In this document: positions 29,793 through 39,782 of the stretch, in pieces
How positions within the stretch are numbered: position 1 is the first letter of the stretch
How the letters are laid out: each line of letters begins with the position of its first letter
Assembly (NCBI GenBank): GCA_963665665.1
Contig: OY762428.1
Location: 1,760,001-1,824,000 of the forward strand
Direction of reading: 5' to 3'
Source: Candidatus Kapaibacterium sp.
GTDB taxonomy: Bacteria; Bacteroidota; Ignavibacteria; Kapaibacteriales; UBA2268
Length of the DNA: 64,000 nt
Notes under the pieces: generated by a model
Databases searched by the model: none
What the model was told of the DNA's origin: nothing
The model's input: only the letters and a program-made list of their open reading frames with translations
Made by a program: the position numbers and the translations under genes

Positions 29793-29824
29793 AAAAAAGG
29801 CAGGATTTTCATCCTGCCTTTTTT
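29793..29824. terminator. Bidirectional intrinsic terminator
   Basis: AAAAAA-GGCAGGAT-TTTC-ATCCTGCC-TTTTTT between the precursor gene and yidC. Confidence 0.9.
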
Positions 29825-29827
29825 AAT

Positions 29828-31771
29828 TTATTTTTTCTTTTTACCGCCCTGTTTCGGAGATGATTTTTTTACATCTTTTTTCTTGGGTGGAATATATCCT
29901 TTTCTTTCAGTTCCGCCCGAACCGGCCTTCTTGCCCGGAACAGTCTTGCCCTGGGAAGCAGCTACTTCCTGTGCCTCGCGGAGTTTTTTCTGGAACCAGC
30001 CTTCCTTCTTAGGTGCTTTTTTAAGATCATCCAGGGTAAGCTGATTTTTTGAAAACTTATTAATATAAACCTGCTGAATAATACCTACCAGGTTGAACAT
30101 GAAATAATAAAGGTTCAAACCTGACGGGAAGCTTGAGAAAAGAAGGGTGAACATGACAGGCATCATGTAAACCATTGCTTTCTGCCTCGGGTCGGTTATT
30201 GTCAGTTTCTGCTGGATAAACATTGTTACGCCCATGGCAAGGGCCAGCCCGCTGAACTGGTCGATATTAAAAAGCGGTATCCTGAACGGCAACGAAACAA
30301 GTACATCCGGTACCGAAAGGTCATTAATCCACCAGATAAATTCCGTCTGCCTGAGATCAATGGCCGAGCGGAGGATTGACCATAGCGAATACAGGATTGG
30401 CATCTGCAGCAATAACGGCAGGCAGCCGCCGGCGGGGTTTACTCCGTACTCGGAATAAAGTTTCATAGTAGCCTGCTGCTGTTTTGTGTTGTCGTCCTTG
30501 TATTTCTCCCTCAATTTCTCCATTTCCGGCTGGAGAAGCTTCATTTTGTTGGCGCTTCTCATCTGTTGGATGGATAGGGGATAGAGAAGAATTTTTATCA
30601 GAATAGAGAACAGAATTATTGCCACGCCGTAATTGGGTACAAAATCATGTATGAACTGAAGGATCGGCAGCATGAAGAACTCGCCTATTGGCCTTACCAG
30701 CCATTTCCAGCCCATATCAATAGTTTCACTCAACCCGTATTCCGAAAGAATATCATATTCCATCGGGCCGATATAAACCATAAATTTATTGGTGCTGGAA
30801 GCATTCCTGTAAGGAATTCTGTAGGACATATTGTATTTTTCTACAAGGCCTTCGTTTCTAACTGCTTTTTGCCTGCCACTCAAATCGATAGTGCCATCAA
30901 AATCTCCCTGTGGCCGGGGCATAATAGCAGCAACAAAATACTTCAGCTTTATGGCAGTATAATCCACGATGCCTGTAGGTGAAATACGCTGCTCTTCGGA
31001 TTCATCGGCGTTCAGGTATTCAATTTCCCCGTTCATCGAGGCCATGGCTTCTGCGGAATTGGATTCATCAACAGAATTCTTTTCCTGGTAGCTCAGGCCG
31101 TCGGACCATATAAAATTGTAACCGCGTTCAGGTATAAAAGACTGCATATTCTGAAGGCTGATATCCGTATTTATATGATATTTATCGGCGTAAATAACAA
31201 AAGTTTTATTGATATACTTATCAGGAGCAACATTCAGCCGTGCATTAAGCAGAATGGAGTCTTTACCTGATATTTGATAATAATCTTTATCAAGATTAAA
31301 ATCGAAGAACAGGTCGCGGGAATCAATTTTCTTGCCTTCATAAGTAAGGAATTCAAGGAAAAGTTCACCTTTCTTATCAGAGATAAGCTGTGTTGGTTTC
31401 TTATCCCATTTTTTATAATTTTTCAATTCCCATTTTACCAGGTCGCCACCCATTGTAGAGAACTTTGCAGTAACAAGGTCAGTTTCAATAGTAATAACTT
31501 TCCTGTTACCATTGGCAAATGGTGCAAAAGTTTTTCCGAATTTGAGCTCATTGACGTTACTTGCGTTTGCTGAAGTTGCAGAATCGCTAAGGATATCGTC
31601 AGCTGAATCAGCAGAAGCAGTGTCGGTCTGTGCTTTTTGCTCAACAAGTGTTGAATCATTAATATTTTGATTTTTTTCGGGCAGGTCCGGCGCTGTCATC
31701 TGATTATAAATGAGCCATGCCGCAACTATCAGCGTAATTAGCAGAATTGCCAGTAAATTATTTCTGTCCAT
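29828..31771 (-). CDS. yidC: Membrane protein insertase YidC
   Basis: N-terminal TM, periplasmic domain (YIGP), NYGVAII..., [37 protein letters not shown]; synteny with yidD-rnpA-rpmH. Confidence 0.97.
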   Translation of the reverse strand: MDRNNLLAILLITLIVAAWLIYNQMTAPDLPEKNQNINDSTLVEQKAQTDTASADSADDILSDSATSANASNVNELKFGKTFAPFANGNRKVITIETDLVTAKFSTMGGDLVKWELKNYKKWDKKPTQLISDKKGELFLEFLTYEGKKIDSRDLFFDFNLDKDYYQISGKDSILLNARLNVAPDKYINKTFVIYADKYHINTDISLQNMQSFIPERGYNFIWSDGLSYQEKNSVDESNSAEAMASMNGEIEYLNADESEEQRISPTGIVDYTAIKLKYFVAAIMPRPQGDFDGTIDLSGRQKAVRNEGLVEKYNMSYRIPYRNASSTNKFMVYIGPMEYDILSEYGLSETIDMGWKWLVRPIGEFFMLPILQFIHDFVPNYGVAIILFSILIKILLYPLSIQQMRSANKMKLLQPEMEKLREKYKDDNTKQQQATMKLYSEYGVNPAGGCLPLLLQMPILYSLWSILRSAIDLRQTEFIWWINDLSVPDVLVSLPFRIPLFNIDQFSGLALAMGVTMFIQQKLTITDPRQKAMVYMMPVMFTLLFSSFPSGLNLYYFMFNLVGIIQQVYINKFSKNQLTLDDLKKAPKKEGWFQKKLREAQEVAASQGKTVPGKKAGSGGTERKGYIPPKKKDVKKSSPKQGGKKKK

Positions 31772-32030
31772 GCCGCTTTAATTTTTTAATTATGAAATTA
31801 TTATTGTCATTATCCGGTTCCGGTACCGGATCAAAACCACCCGGGTGCAGGGGATTACACTTCACGATTCTTTTGGCTGCCAATAACGAACCTTTGGCTG
31901 CCCCGTGTTTTTCAATAGCTTCGTAAGCATAGTGTGAACATGTGGGATAAAATCGGCAGGAATCGGGAAACATTGGCGAAACTCCAACCTGATAAAGCCT
32001 TATTATATTCTTTAATATGTGTTTCACCAT
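31758..32030 (-). CDS. yidD: Membrane protein insertion efficiency factor YidD
   Basis: YQ..VSP....[18 protein letters not shown]......RI.KCNP...GG.DPVP; ATG 32030. Confidence 0.95.
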   Translation of the reverse strand: MVKHILKNIIRLYQVGVSPMFPDSCRFYPTCSHYAYEAIEKHGAAKGSLLAAKRIVKCNPLHPGGFDPVPEPDNDNNNFIIKKLKRHGQK

Positions 32031-32031
32031 T

Positions 32032-32508
32032 TTATTTTTCCCCCGTTTCATTTACGGGTTTAGCGCTATCCGGTTTGCGTCTTTGTTTTCTGATAAAAAC
32101 GTTCGTGTAATAATCCAGAGCATTGTAAATCAGTTTTTCCACAGTTGGCTGAATGTCCTGAAGCGATATCATACGTGGAAGCTTCGGAGCTTTTCTCCAA
32201 CTGATAACCAGCAGGTGAAGCGGAAACTGATCGTCAAAATCAAGTTTATTCAATGTAATCCGGACGCTTTCGCGCAGTAGTCTTTTCACCCTGTTGCGGG
32301 TAACAGCTCTTTTTGCTGATTTTTTTGATATTGTAACAGCAAGATATGTAATGCTGGCAGCAGGATGTTTCTTTTTGATCAAAACTTTTTTGCATGGCCT
32401 GAAGCAGGCGGCAAGAGTAGCCTCGGGACATGTAAACCTCCTGCCGTACCTGAAGACGGCAGGAATGGTTTTATATCCTTTTATGCTTTTTAGCCTTTTT
32501 TTAATCAT
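32032..32508 (-). CDS. rnpA: Ribonuclease P protein component
   Basis: [20 protein letters not shown] (RNR motif); lies between rpmH and yidD. Confidence 0.92.
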   Translation of the reverse strand: MIKKRLKSIKGYKTIPAVFRYGRRFTCPEATLAACFRPCKKVLIKKKHPAASITYLAVTISKKSAKRAVTRNRVKRLLRESVRITLNKLDFDDQFPLHLLVISWRKAPKLPRMISLQDIQPTVEKLIYNALDYYTNVFIRKQRRKPDSAKPVNETGEK

Positions 32509-32551
32509 ACCGCTGTGCGGCCGGTTAATTCAAAGAACATATTTATTTTGC

Positions 32552-32698
32552 TTACATGGAATCGCTTACAGAAAGCCTCATGCGGCCTTTTGCCCTGCGG
32601 CGGGCAATTGTTTTACGTCCGTTTTTAGTAGCCATTCTTGCCCTGAAACCATGCTTGTTTTTCCTTTTACGCCTGCTTGGCTGAAATGTTCTTTTCAT
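32552..32698 (-). CDS. rpmH: 50S ribosomal protein L34 (missing from the ORF track)
   Basis: Manual translation [48 protein letters not shown]. Confidence 0.98.
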   Translation of the reverse strand: MKRTFQPSRRKRKNKHGFRARMATKNGRKTIARRRAKGRMRLSVSDSM

Positions 32699-33022
32699 CT
32701 TGTTACTCCTTGCATTTAATATTATAAATTATATATTATTACTTATTTACAAATATCTATTCCAAAGAACTACAAAGATAGAAATAATTTTTCAATTTTT
32801 AAATAATAATAGTATTATAACATGATTTTTTTTGGGCCAGGGGAACTTTGATTTGCTAAAGAAAAATCAAATAAAGCCGATTTTATAATTAATGAAATAT
32901 TTTCTATTTTAACAAGTTAATAATTTTAGATATAATAAATGATGAATAAAATTAAATTTTATTACTATTTAGAAAAAAATTTCTATTTTAGCGACGAGAG
33001 CATTTAACAGTATTGGTGTAAT

Positions 33023-34225
33023 ATGAGCATAAAAGTTCCTTTTATAATAGTTGCTGACGACGACTCAGTGTCAGCTCAGTTTAAGGGTTTGATTCAAAAA
33101 GTATTCCCGGATGCTAACGTATATAAATATTACGATGGTATTGAAGCATGGGAACACATCCGTTCGATGAAAAGACGCAGCATCATTATTTCAGAATATT
33201 TCATTCCAAAATTTTCCGGGCTTCAAATACTCAAAAATTTGAGGAAAGACAAACACGCCGCGGATTCCTACTTTATTATGGTTTTTGATGATAAAGATGA
33301 AGACAGCGAGATCGAGATCCTGCAAAAGGGGGCCGACGACGTAATGAAAAAGCCCCTGAACATTGCCCGGATGATCACAGCATTAAGGAACAGCCACAGC
33401 GTTTATTCTTTGAAGGAAAGCCTGGAAATTGAAACTGCTAATATCAGGCAGCTTGAAAAAGAATTATCCTCGTTTGTGGACAAAGTAAGAGAAGTTCTGC
33501 AAATTACGATTAAATCCAGAATACCCAAATCCCTTGTCCCGAGCGATAAAGTTGTGAAAGCTTCCGCCTGGGTTGCATCACGTTTCCAGAATATGGATGC
33601 AGTAAAAATGAAAACAATAATCACCGCTGCTGAACTTTGCCACCTGGGCAGACTGGCTCTATCGGATGAAGATATCAGCAAACCTCATCTGAAAAATGGA
33701 ATGGTGTATAGGGAACTGATGTCGAAATCACCAAAATACGCAAGTGAAATTCTTTCCCGGATCAGCGGGCTGGAAGAAATCGGCCAGATACTGCGTCATG
33801 TATATGAAAATCATGACGGTAGCGGCATGCCAGACCAGTTCAGAGCATCACAAATACCTCTTGGCTCTAAAATTCTCCGGGTGATTTTAGATTTCGAGGA
33901 AAAAATGGATGAAACCCGTGGGCGGGTAAAAAAATCAATGGAACACATCTATTTAGAGTCAAAACGCCTTTATGATTATCATGTTGTTGCTCTTTTCGAC
34001 CAGTACCTGGCTGAAAACAGGATTAATGACGGGAATTACCGCGAAGAAGGACTTGAACTGGATAAATTAGTTAAAGGAATGACAATTTCCCGGCATATTA
34101 TTACCCGTTCGGGGCATAAAATGCTTTCCGGCGACCAACAGCTTGACGACGATAAGATCAATAAACTTAAATCCCTAAATAAAAGAGATCCGATTATTGG
34201 CAAAGTATATATCCGGAAAAAATAG
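33023..34225 (+). CDS. Receiver domain plus HD-GYP-like domain protein (degenerate motifs)
   Basis: IIVADDD...DG.EA...IIISEYFIP..SG...GADD..KKP receiver; AAELCHLG, HVYENHDGSGMP, IPLGSKILRV. Confidence 0.8.
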   Translation: MSIKVPFIIVADDDSVSAQFKGLIQKVFPDANVYKYYDGIEAWEHIRSMKRRSIIISEYFIPKFSGLQILKNLRKDKHAADSYFIMVFDDKDEDSEIEILQKGADDVMKKPLNIARMITALRNSHSVYSLKESLEIETANIRQLEKELSSFVDKVREVLQITIKSRIPKSLVPSDKVVKASAWVASRFQNMDAVKMKTIITAAELCHLGRLALSDEDISKPHLKNGMVYRELMSKSPKYASEILSRISGLEEIGQILRHVYENHDGSGMPDQFRASQIPLGSKILRVILDFEEKMDETRGRVKKSMEHIYLESKRLYDYHVVALFDQYLAENRINDGNYREEGLELDKLVKGMTISRHIITRSGHKMLSGDQQLDDDKINKLKSLNKRDPIIGKVYIRKK

Positions 34226-34419
34226 TCATAATAATATTAAATATTCCAACTCATCCGGTTTGATATATCGGGTGAGTTTTTTAATTATGCAAATTCAGGT
34301 AAATCATTTATTATTATTGGAATTTATAACAAATTATCATCAACTGCTGTTTGTTTCCCAAAATAATAATATTTTTGTGTCGTTGGTTTTAACGGATTGA
34401 AAATAATAAAGACGGAAGA

Positions 34420-35679
34420 ATGAAATTTATCAAAATTATAGCACTAATGATATTATTCAGCGGAACTGTGCGGGCATCTAAAATCCTTATACCAATGGAT
34501 CTTGCCCAGACAGACCATCTGAAAGCTTACGGGCTTGTTTACTGGGTACTGACCCAGGGAGCTCAGGCAGACTGGCTGCTAAATTACAGGGGCGGTGCAT
34601 TCATGACGGATGGTTCCGACCTGATAGCTGCAGAATGCCGTATCAGGGGAATATATTTTGAATCAATTGACGGTGCTACGGCAGCCTCGATATACAGCCA
34701 GGCAAAAAGCGAAGATGAGAACATGGATGTGGTCAGGCTGGAGAAAGCACCGAAAATTGCTGTTTATGCCCCTCCGGGTTCCCAGCCATGGGATGATGCT
34801 GTAAGGCTCGCGCTGGAATATGCTGAAGTGAAACATGAAATTATCTGGGACGAAGAAGTAGTTTCCGGCAAACTATCGGAATATGACTGGCTTCATCTTC
34901 ATCATGAAGATTTCACCGGACAGTACGGAAAGTTTTATGCAAATTTCCGAAACCAGCCATGGTATATTCAGCAGGTACAACTTAACGAAGCTATGGCAAA
35001 AAAACTTGGTTTTCCAAAAGTATCACTATTGAAATTAGCCGTTGCCAAGAAGATTAAGGAATATGTGGCAAACGGCGGATTCCTCTTTGCTATGTGCAGC
35101 GCCACTGATTCTTACGACATTGCACTTGCAGCCGAAGGCGTGGATATTTGCGAAACTATGTTCGACGGCGACCCTGCCGACCCAAATGCAAATAAAAAAC
35201 TTGATTTTTCGAAAACTCTTGCATTCGAGAACTTCCAGTTGAAGATGAATCCTTACGAGTATGAATTCTCGGATATTGATGTCCGCCCGGAAAACGGAAT
35301 GGGAAACCCCGACACTGATTATTTTACCTTATTTGATTTTTCTGCCAAATATGATCCCGTACCAACAATGCTTACCCAGTGCCATGTTAATGTGATTCGT
35401 GGATTCCTGGGGCAGACTTCAGCCTTCCACAAAAAATTTATCAAAAAATCTATAATAACAATGGGTTTAAGGGATGGAACCGACGAAGTGAAATATATAC
35501 ACGGGAATTTCGGGCGCGGAACTTTTACCTGGTTCGCGGGGCATGACCCCGAGGACTACCGCCATGCAGTAGGCGACCCCCCAACGGAATTGAAACTGCA
35601 CAGAAACTCTCCGGGATACAGGCTGATTTTAAATAATATCCTTTTTCCGGCTGCAAAAAAGAAAAAACAAAAAACTTAA
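34420..35679 (+). CDS. Conserved secreted protein of the FCB family often labelled asparagine synthetase B (class I glutamine amidotransferase-like fold; function unknown)
   Basis: ILIPMD..QTDHLKAYG, WLLNYRGG.F, YDWLHLHHEDFTGQYGKF, GGFLFAMCSATDS, GHDPEDY, SPGYRLILNNILFPAAKKKKQKT. Confidence 0.8.
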   Translation: MKFIKIIALMILFSGTVRASKILIPMDLAQTDHLKAYGLVYWVLTQGAQADWLLNYRGGAFMTDGSDLIAAECRIRGIYFESIDGATAASIYSQAKSEDENMDVVRLEKAPKIAVYAPPGSQPWDDAVRLALEYAEVKHEIIWDEEVVSGKLSEYDWLHLHHEDFTGQYGKFYANFRNQPWYIQQVQLNEAMAKKLGFPKVSLLKLAVAKKIKEYVANGGFLFAMCSATDSYDIALAAEGVDICETMFDGDPADPNANKKLDFSKTLAFENFQLKMNPYEYEFSDIDVRPENGMGNPDTDYFTLFDFSAKYDPVPTMLTQCHVNVIRGFLGQTSAFHKKFIKKSIITMGLRDGTDEVKYIHGNFGRGTFTWFAGHDPEDYRHAVGDPPTELKLHRNSPGYRLILNNILFPAAKKKKQKT

Positions 35680-35783
35680 TATTGCTTATTTTTGTAAAAA
35701 AATTATTTTATGGTTTGATTAGCAACCGTTGATATGCTATATTTGCCATAACATTAAATAATTAACCGGAGAAGAATACCCTG

Positions 35784-36614
35784 ATGAAAATATCCAAGTT
35801 ATTGATTATTTTTTCAATATTATTTCTTTCAACAGCAATCTCTGTTTTAGCTCAGCTAAGTATTGAAATTGCTGATACCACACTACAAAGAGGAGAAGAC
35901 AATAAAATTCTACTCCCTGTAAAAATCAACCTGCCCCCCGGTGATATAAATTCAGTAACTATAAAATTCAAATACGATGCGAGGATAATTGATATTAGTT
36001 CCGTTTCCGGCGGTACTGACTATATTATGCTCAGCCAGGCCCCTGATATTAAAAAAAGCTTTTCAGTTCTTGAGGAAGCTGACATAACTGTTAGTGACAA
36101 TACAATAGCGCCGGACAATGGCAATATTCTTTGTGTTTTTGAAATTGAAGGCCTTGCCGCCGAAGATTCAATAGCTTATATCGAACCGGTCGAGCTATAT
36201 ATCGATAATGAATTAAAAGAAGAGGCTGAATTGGCCAGAGCCACGATAAAAGTTACCGGGGATGCGATTATCAGGATTCTGCCAGAGGGCCTTGGGGATA
36301 ATTACCCCAACCCCTTTTACCAGAACACCAGGGTAATTTTCAATATCAAAAAAGAAACAAATGTAACGTTTTCACTTTTCTCTGTTATTGGTGAAAAAGT
36401 AGCCGATTCGGAAAGCTCCACTGAAGAGATAAAATTTGAATTTTTTACAAAAGACGGTACACCACTTGATGTAGAGAGCAACCCCAGGCTGCAACCCGGA
36501 AAATATGAACTCCTTCTGACTCCCCTAAACTGGAAATTTGCAAGCGGCCCTTATTACCTGCTACTGGAAACCGGTAGCGGAGCTTACAACAAATCAATAT
36601 TATATCATAAGTAA
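35784..36614 (+). CDS. Secreted cohesin-like domain protein with CTD-like C-terminus
   Basis: Signal peptide; LPV.I.......S....F.YD cohesin-like strand pattern; NYPNPF...T...F.I...ASG.Y CTD-like tail. Confidence 0.65.
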   Translation: MKISKLLIIFSILFLSTAISVLAQLSIEIADTTLQRGEDNKILLPVKINLPPGDINSVTIKFKYDARIIDISSVSGGTDYIMLSQAPDIKKSFSVLEEADITVSDNTIAPDNGNILCVFEIEGLAAEDSIAYIEPVELYIDNELKEEAELARATIKVTGDAIIRILPEGLGDNYPNPFYQNTRVIFNIKKETNVTFSLFSVIGEKVADSESSTEEIKFEFFTKDGTPLDVESNPRLQPGKYELLLTPLNWKFASGPYYLLLETGSGAYNKSILYHK

Positions 36615-36621
36615 TGAAAAA

Positions 36622-39027
36622 ATGAAAAACTTCAAATATATACTGCTGTTTACTATATTACTAACCTGCTGCCGGGTTGATGTCGTTGCACAGGAAGACA
36701 GCAGCGATGTTGTCAATAAATTGTTGAAAGTTAAGAATCCCGAGGGCGTTGACTTCTGGTTGTGCTTTATGAAAAACTTCAAAGAGCCGAAAACTATTAC
36801 TACATCCAACGCACTGCATCTTGAATTATTTATTACCGGTGATGAAGATGCGAATGTTGTAATTGAAGCAAAAAATATTGGCCTCAAAGAAGAATTGTTT
36901 GTTCCTGCCAGAACAATTAAAAGTATTAAAATTGACCCTAAAGCTCAAATCCAAAGTTCGGAGATACTTGAAAAAAGTGCTGCTGTTCACATTACATCAG
37001 ACAATCCAATATCTGTATACGGCCTGAACCGCAGATTCCAGACAACCGATACTTACCTGGGCCTGCCCAAACGGGTGCTTGGCAATGATTACCGTGTTAT
37101 GTGTTATTCCGTATCCGACGGGCTTATGGCACAATTTGCAATTGTGGCAACAGAAAACAACACTATTGTAAAAATTGATCCGGCTGCAAATACCACAATA
37201 TTTCCTGATAAGGAAGAAAACAGGAAAATGCACAGCAAGGGAGAAATATTCCAAATAAGGATGAACAAAGGTGACGTTTATCAGGTAGCTTCAAGGTTTG
37301 AATCAGGAGACTGCGACCTGACCGGAACCAAGATTTCGGCAAATAAAAAAATTGCCGTATTCAGCGGGCATCAGTGTGCTTATGTGCCCAAAAAAGTTAT
37401 AGCGTGTAACCACCTCGTGGAACAGCTTCCGCCACTGCCGTCCTGGGGCAAGCATTTTTACCTTGGTATGCTGAAACCAAGATCAAAATACACATACCGT
37501 GTGCTTGCAAATGAAGACAGCACAAAAGTATTTGAAGATGCTAAACTTACAAGGATATTAAAATCAGGGCAGTTTTTCGAAAAAACAATCGAAAAGAATG
37601 TTCAGGTAAGTGCAGACAAACCAATCCTGGTATCCCAATATTCGCAGGGCTTCAGGAATGGCGATTCTATCGGAGATCCGATGATGCTTCTGATTAGCCC
37701 TACACAGCAGTTTCTTCGCAAATACAGGTTTGCAACCCCGATTAACGGCTCGTGGAAGCACTACGTTAACGTGGTTGTTCCTACAAATTCTATTTCCACC
37801 ATGCGGCTGGACGGACGAGGAATCGACACTGTTCTTTTCGAACGCCTCGGGCTAAGCCGGTACTCCATTGCATATCTCAGAATACCATTTGGCACTCACG
37901 TTATTGAAGGCGCAATGCCTTTCGGGATGTACTCATACGGCTTCGGTTACGGCGCAGATGCCTTTGATGCCTACGGAACTATGGGAGGACAGTCCTTCAT
38001 GGATTACGAACCGGCAAGAGATACATTGGAACCAATGGCGGAAGCCTTGTACGAAAAAGAGATTATGCAGATTATCTTTCGCGATGACCGCGTGGATGAT
38101 ACAGGTATAAAAAATATTAAAATACTTGATGCTGTTGGTATCAGGGCTGTTGTTCCTGTTATTGAAGAAGGCTCGCCGCAGGTTTCGATGAACGTGCGGC
38201 CTGTTAATCCCTCTGCTCCCGGCAGAATGATAATCGAAGCAACGGATATTGCCCTGAACACATCAGTTTTCACTCTTTGCTACGTAAAGGACAGAAAAAC
38301 CAAACTATTTGATTTCGAACTGAATGAAGGCGCCGAAGAGCAATGCCTGCCTGAACCGGGATGGGATCTCGGATTATTCGGAAAAATGTCTGTTTTTATG
38401 CATTCCGCTGATTTTTCCAGTTCCGGAAAAATTGTTTCTAAAGGAAAATTTTCTGATGCAATAGGATTTGGAGGATACGGAGGTATCATTCTTAGCAGGT
38501 ATGTTAAGCCAAATCTGACTTTAAGCGGCAGGCTTTCCTTCGAAAATTATGGCGGAGTAATTTCTGCTCCGGACAGTTCACTTTCACAAATCCGTGAAGA
38601 TACAACAGGCAAGTTGCTTCCTTACCAGGAATCAAGAGATTTAGAGCTTAAGGGTATTTTCATGCACATTGGCTTTAGTGCAGAATGGTACTACAAGGAG
38701 CATCTTTATCTGCTTGGCGGATTAAATTTCTCTTTAGCCCTGAGCAAATCTGTTGATTATTATCAGAAAATATTAATACCCGATGATATTACTTTTGCAA
38801 ACGGCAGCCGTGTTCGCGTACCCGATGATGCTCCTGATAGTTTTGATAATATCAAAACATTAAGGCTGGGGATATTTGCAGGGGCAGGGTTTTCATACCC
38901 CATATACCACCGGGTTACAGCCTTTGCAGAAGGAATTTTCGGCTATCATTTCGGCAGCCTGATTTCGGATGGAGACTGGGGAATGAGCCAGCTTTCGTTT
39001 GTTATTGGTGCAAAATACAATTTATAA
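36622..39027 (+). CDS. IgGFc-binding N-terminal domain protein with C-terminal outer-membrane beta-barrel
   Basis: G.DFWLCF, HITSDNPISVYG, LP...LG.DY, FAIVATENNT.V, DLTGTKI.ANKKIAVFSGH.C, HLVEQLPP..SWGK, GDPMM; C-terminal amphipathic strands ending FVIGAKYNL. ATG 36622. Confidence 0.8.
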   Translation: MKNFKYILLFTILLTCCRVDVVAQEDSSDVVNKLLKVKNPEGVDFWLCFMKNFKEPKTITTSNALHLELFITGDEDANVVIEAKNIGLKEELFVPARTIKSIKIDPKAQIQSSEILEKSAAVHITSDNPISVYGLNRRFQTTDTYLGLPKRVLGNDYRVMCYSVSDGLMAQFAIVATENNTIVKIDPAANTTIFPDKEENRKMHSKGEIFQIRMNKGDVYQVASRFESGDCDLTGTKISANKKIAVFSGHQCAYVPKKVIACNHLVEQLPPLPSWGKHFYLGMLKPRSKYTYRVLANEDSTKVFEDAKLTRILKSGQFFEKTIEKNVQVSADKPILVSQYSQGFRNGDSIGDPMMLLISPTQQFLRKYRFATPINGSWKHYVNVVVPTNSISTMRLDGRGIDTVLFERLGLSRYSIAYLRIPFGTHVIEGAMPFGMYSYGFGYGADAFDAYGTMGGQSFMDYEPARDTLEPMAEALYEKEIMQIIFRDDRVDDTGIKNIKILDAVGIRAVVPVIEEGSPQVSMNVRPVNPSAPGRMIIEATDIALNTSVFTLCYVKDRKTKLFDFELNEGAEEQCLPEPGWDLGLFGKMSVFMHSADFSSSGKIVSKGKFSDAIGFGGYGGIILSRYVKPNLTLSGRLSFENYGGVISAPDSSLSQIREDTTGKLLPYQESRDLELKGIFMHIGFSAEWYYKEHLYLLGGLNFSLALSKSVDYYQKILIPDDITFANGSRVRVPDDAPDSFDNIKTLRLGIFAGAGFSYPIYHRVTAFAEGIFGYHFGSLISDGDWGMSQLSFVIGAKYNL

Positions 39028-39703
39028 AGGCATAAATTTGCTTAAGCAGGGAATAGCGGTACTTAAAAAGGACCTGAAATCTGAATTCAGAACCAGGTAT
39101 GCATTATCATCTGTTATTCTTTTCGTACTTATAGCCGTAAGTGTATTGCTTTTTTCCCTTACCGGCGAAAAAATCAATGTGGAAATATCATCGGCGCTAT
39201 TGTGGGTAATAATGTTTTTCGGTTCCATGAGCGGCCTTTCCAGGGGATTTGTCAGCGAATACGAACGCTCCACAATGATGCTGCTTGAACTTTCGGCAGG
39301 TAACAACCCGATTTATATCGGCAAGTATGCATTTAATGTGTTTCTGTCACTGGTAATCAATATATGCAGTTCACTATTATTTTTCCTGCTTCTGTCTCCT
39401 CCCCCGCTGAAAATGCCGGTTGCTTTTATAATATTAATATTCCTTGCAGCCCTGGGCCTTGCTTCTTCAACTACAATCATTTCTGCAATAATTTCTGCGG
39501 CAAGGGGAAAGAATTCACTCTTCCCGATATTATCCCTGCCGGTTACACTGCCCCTTATACTTATCGGAGTTGAAACAACTCAATGGTGTTTCAATGGAAC
39601 AGAAACAATATCCATGTTGAGAAATTTTACTGTAATATTGGCTTATTCTGTAATTTTAACAACTGCTTCGTTTCTTCTATATGATTTTGTAAGGGACGAA
39701 TAG
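38999..39703 (+). CDS. ccmB: Heme exporter protein CcmB
   Basis: KKDLKSEFRT, LLW..MFF....GLSR.FVSE.ER.T, IY.GK, LFPIL.LP..LP; true start probably TTG ~39038. Confidence 0.88.
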   Translation: MLLVQNTIYKGINLLKQGIAVLKKDLKSEFRTRYALSSVILFVLIAVSVLLFSLTGEKINVEISSALLWVIMFFGSMSGLSRGFVSEYERSTMMLLELSAGNNPIYIGKYAFNVFLSLVINICSSLLFFLLLSPPPLKMPVAFIILIFLAALGLASSTTIISAIISAARGKNSLFPILSLPVTLPLILIGVETTQWCFNGTETISMLRNFTVILAYSVILTTASFLLYDFVRDE

Positions 39704-39782
39704 ACATTTCTTTTAAATTGGAAATATTTCTTTTTTTTCGTTATATTGAAATAATATTCTGAATATTATCACCGGGAAATTC

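Noticed and set aside
32294-32719. 141-aa plus-strand ORF
   Set aside because: It is antisense to rnpA and rpmH, which are unambiguous.
32699-33022. oriC
   Set aside because: AT-rich, but no cluster of DnaA boxes and no dnaA nearby.
34420-35679. True asparagine synthetase AsnB
   Set aside because: It has a signal peptide and lacks the N-terminal Cys glutaminase and SGG.DS synthetase motifs.
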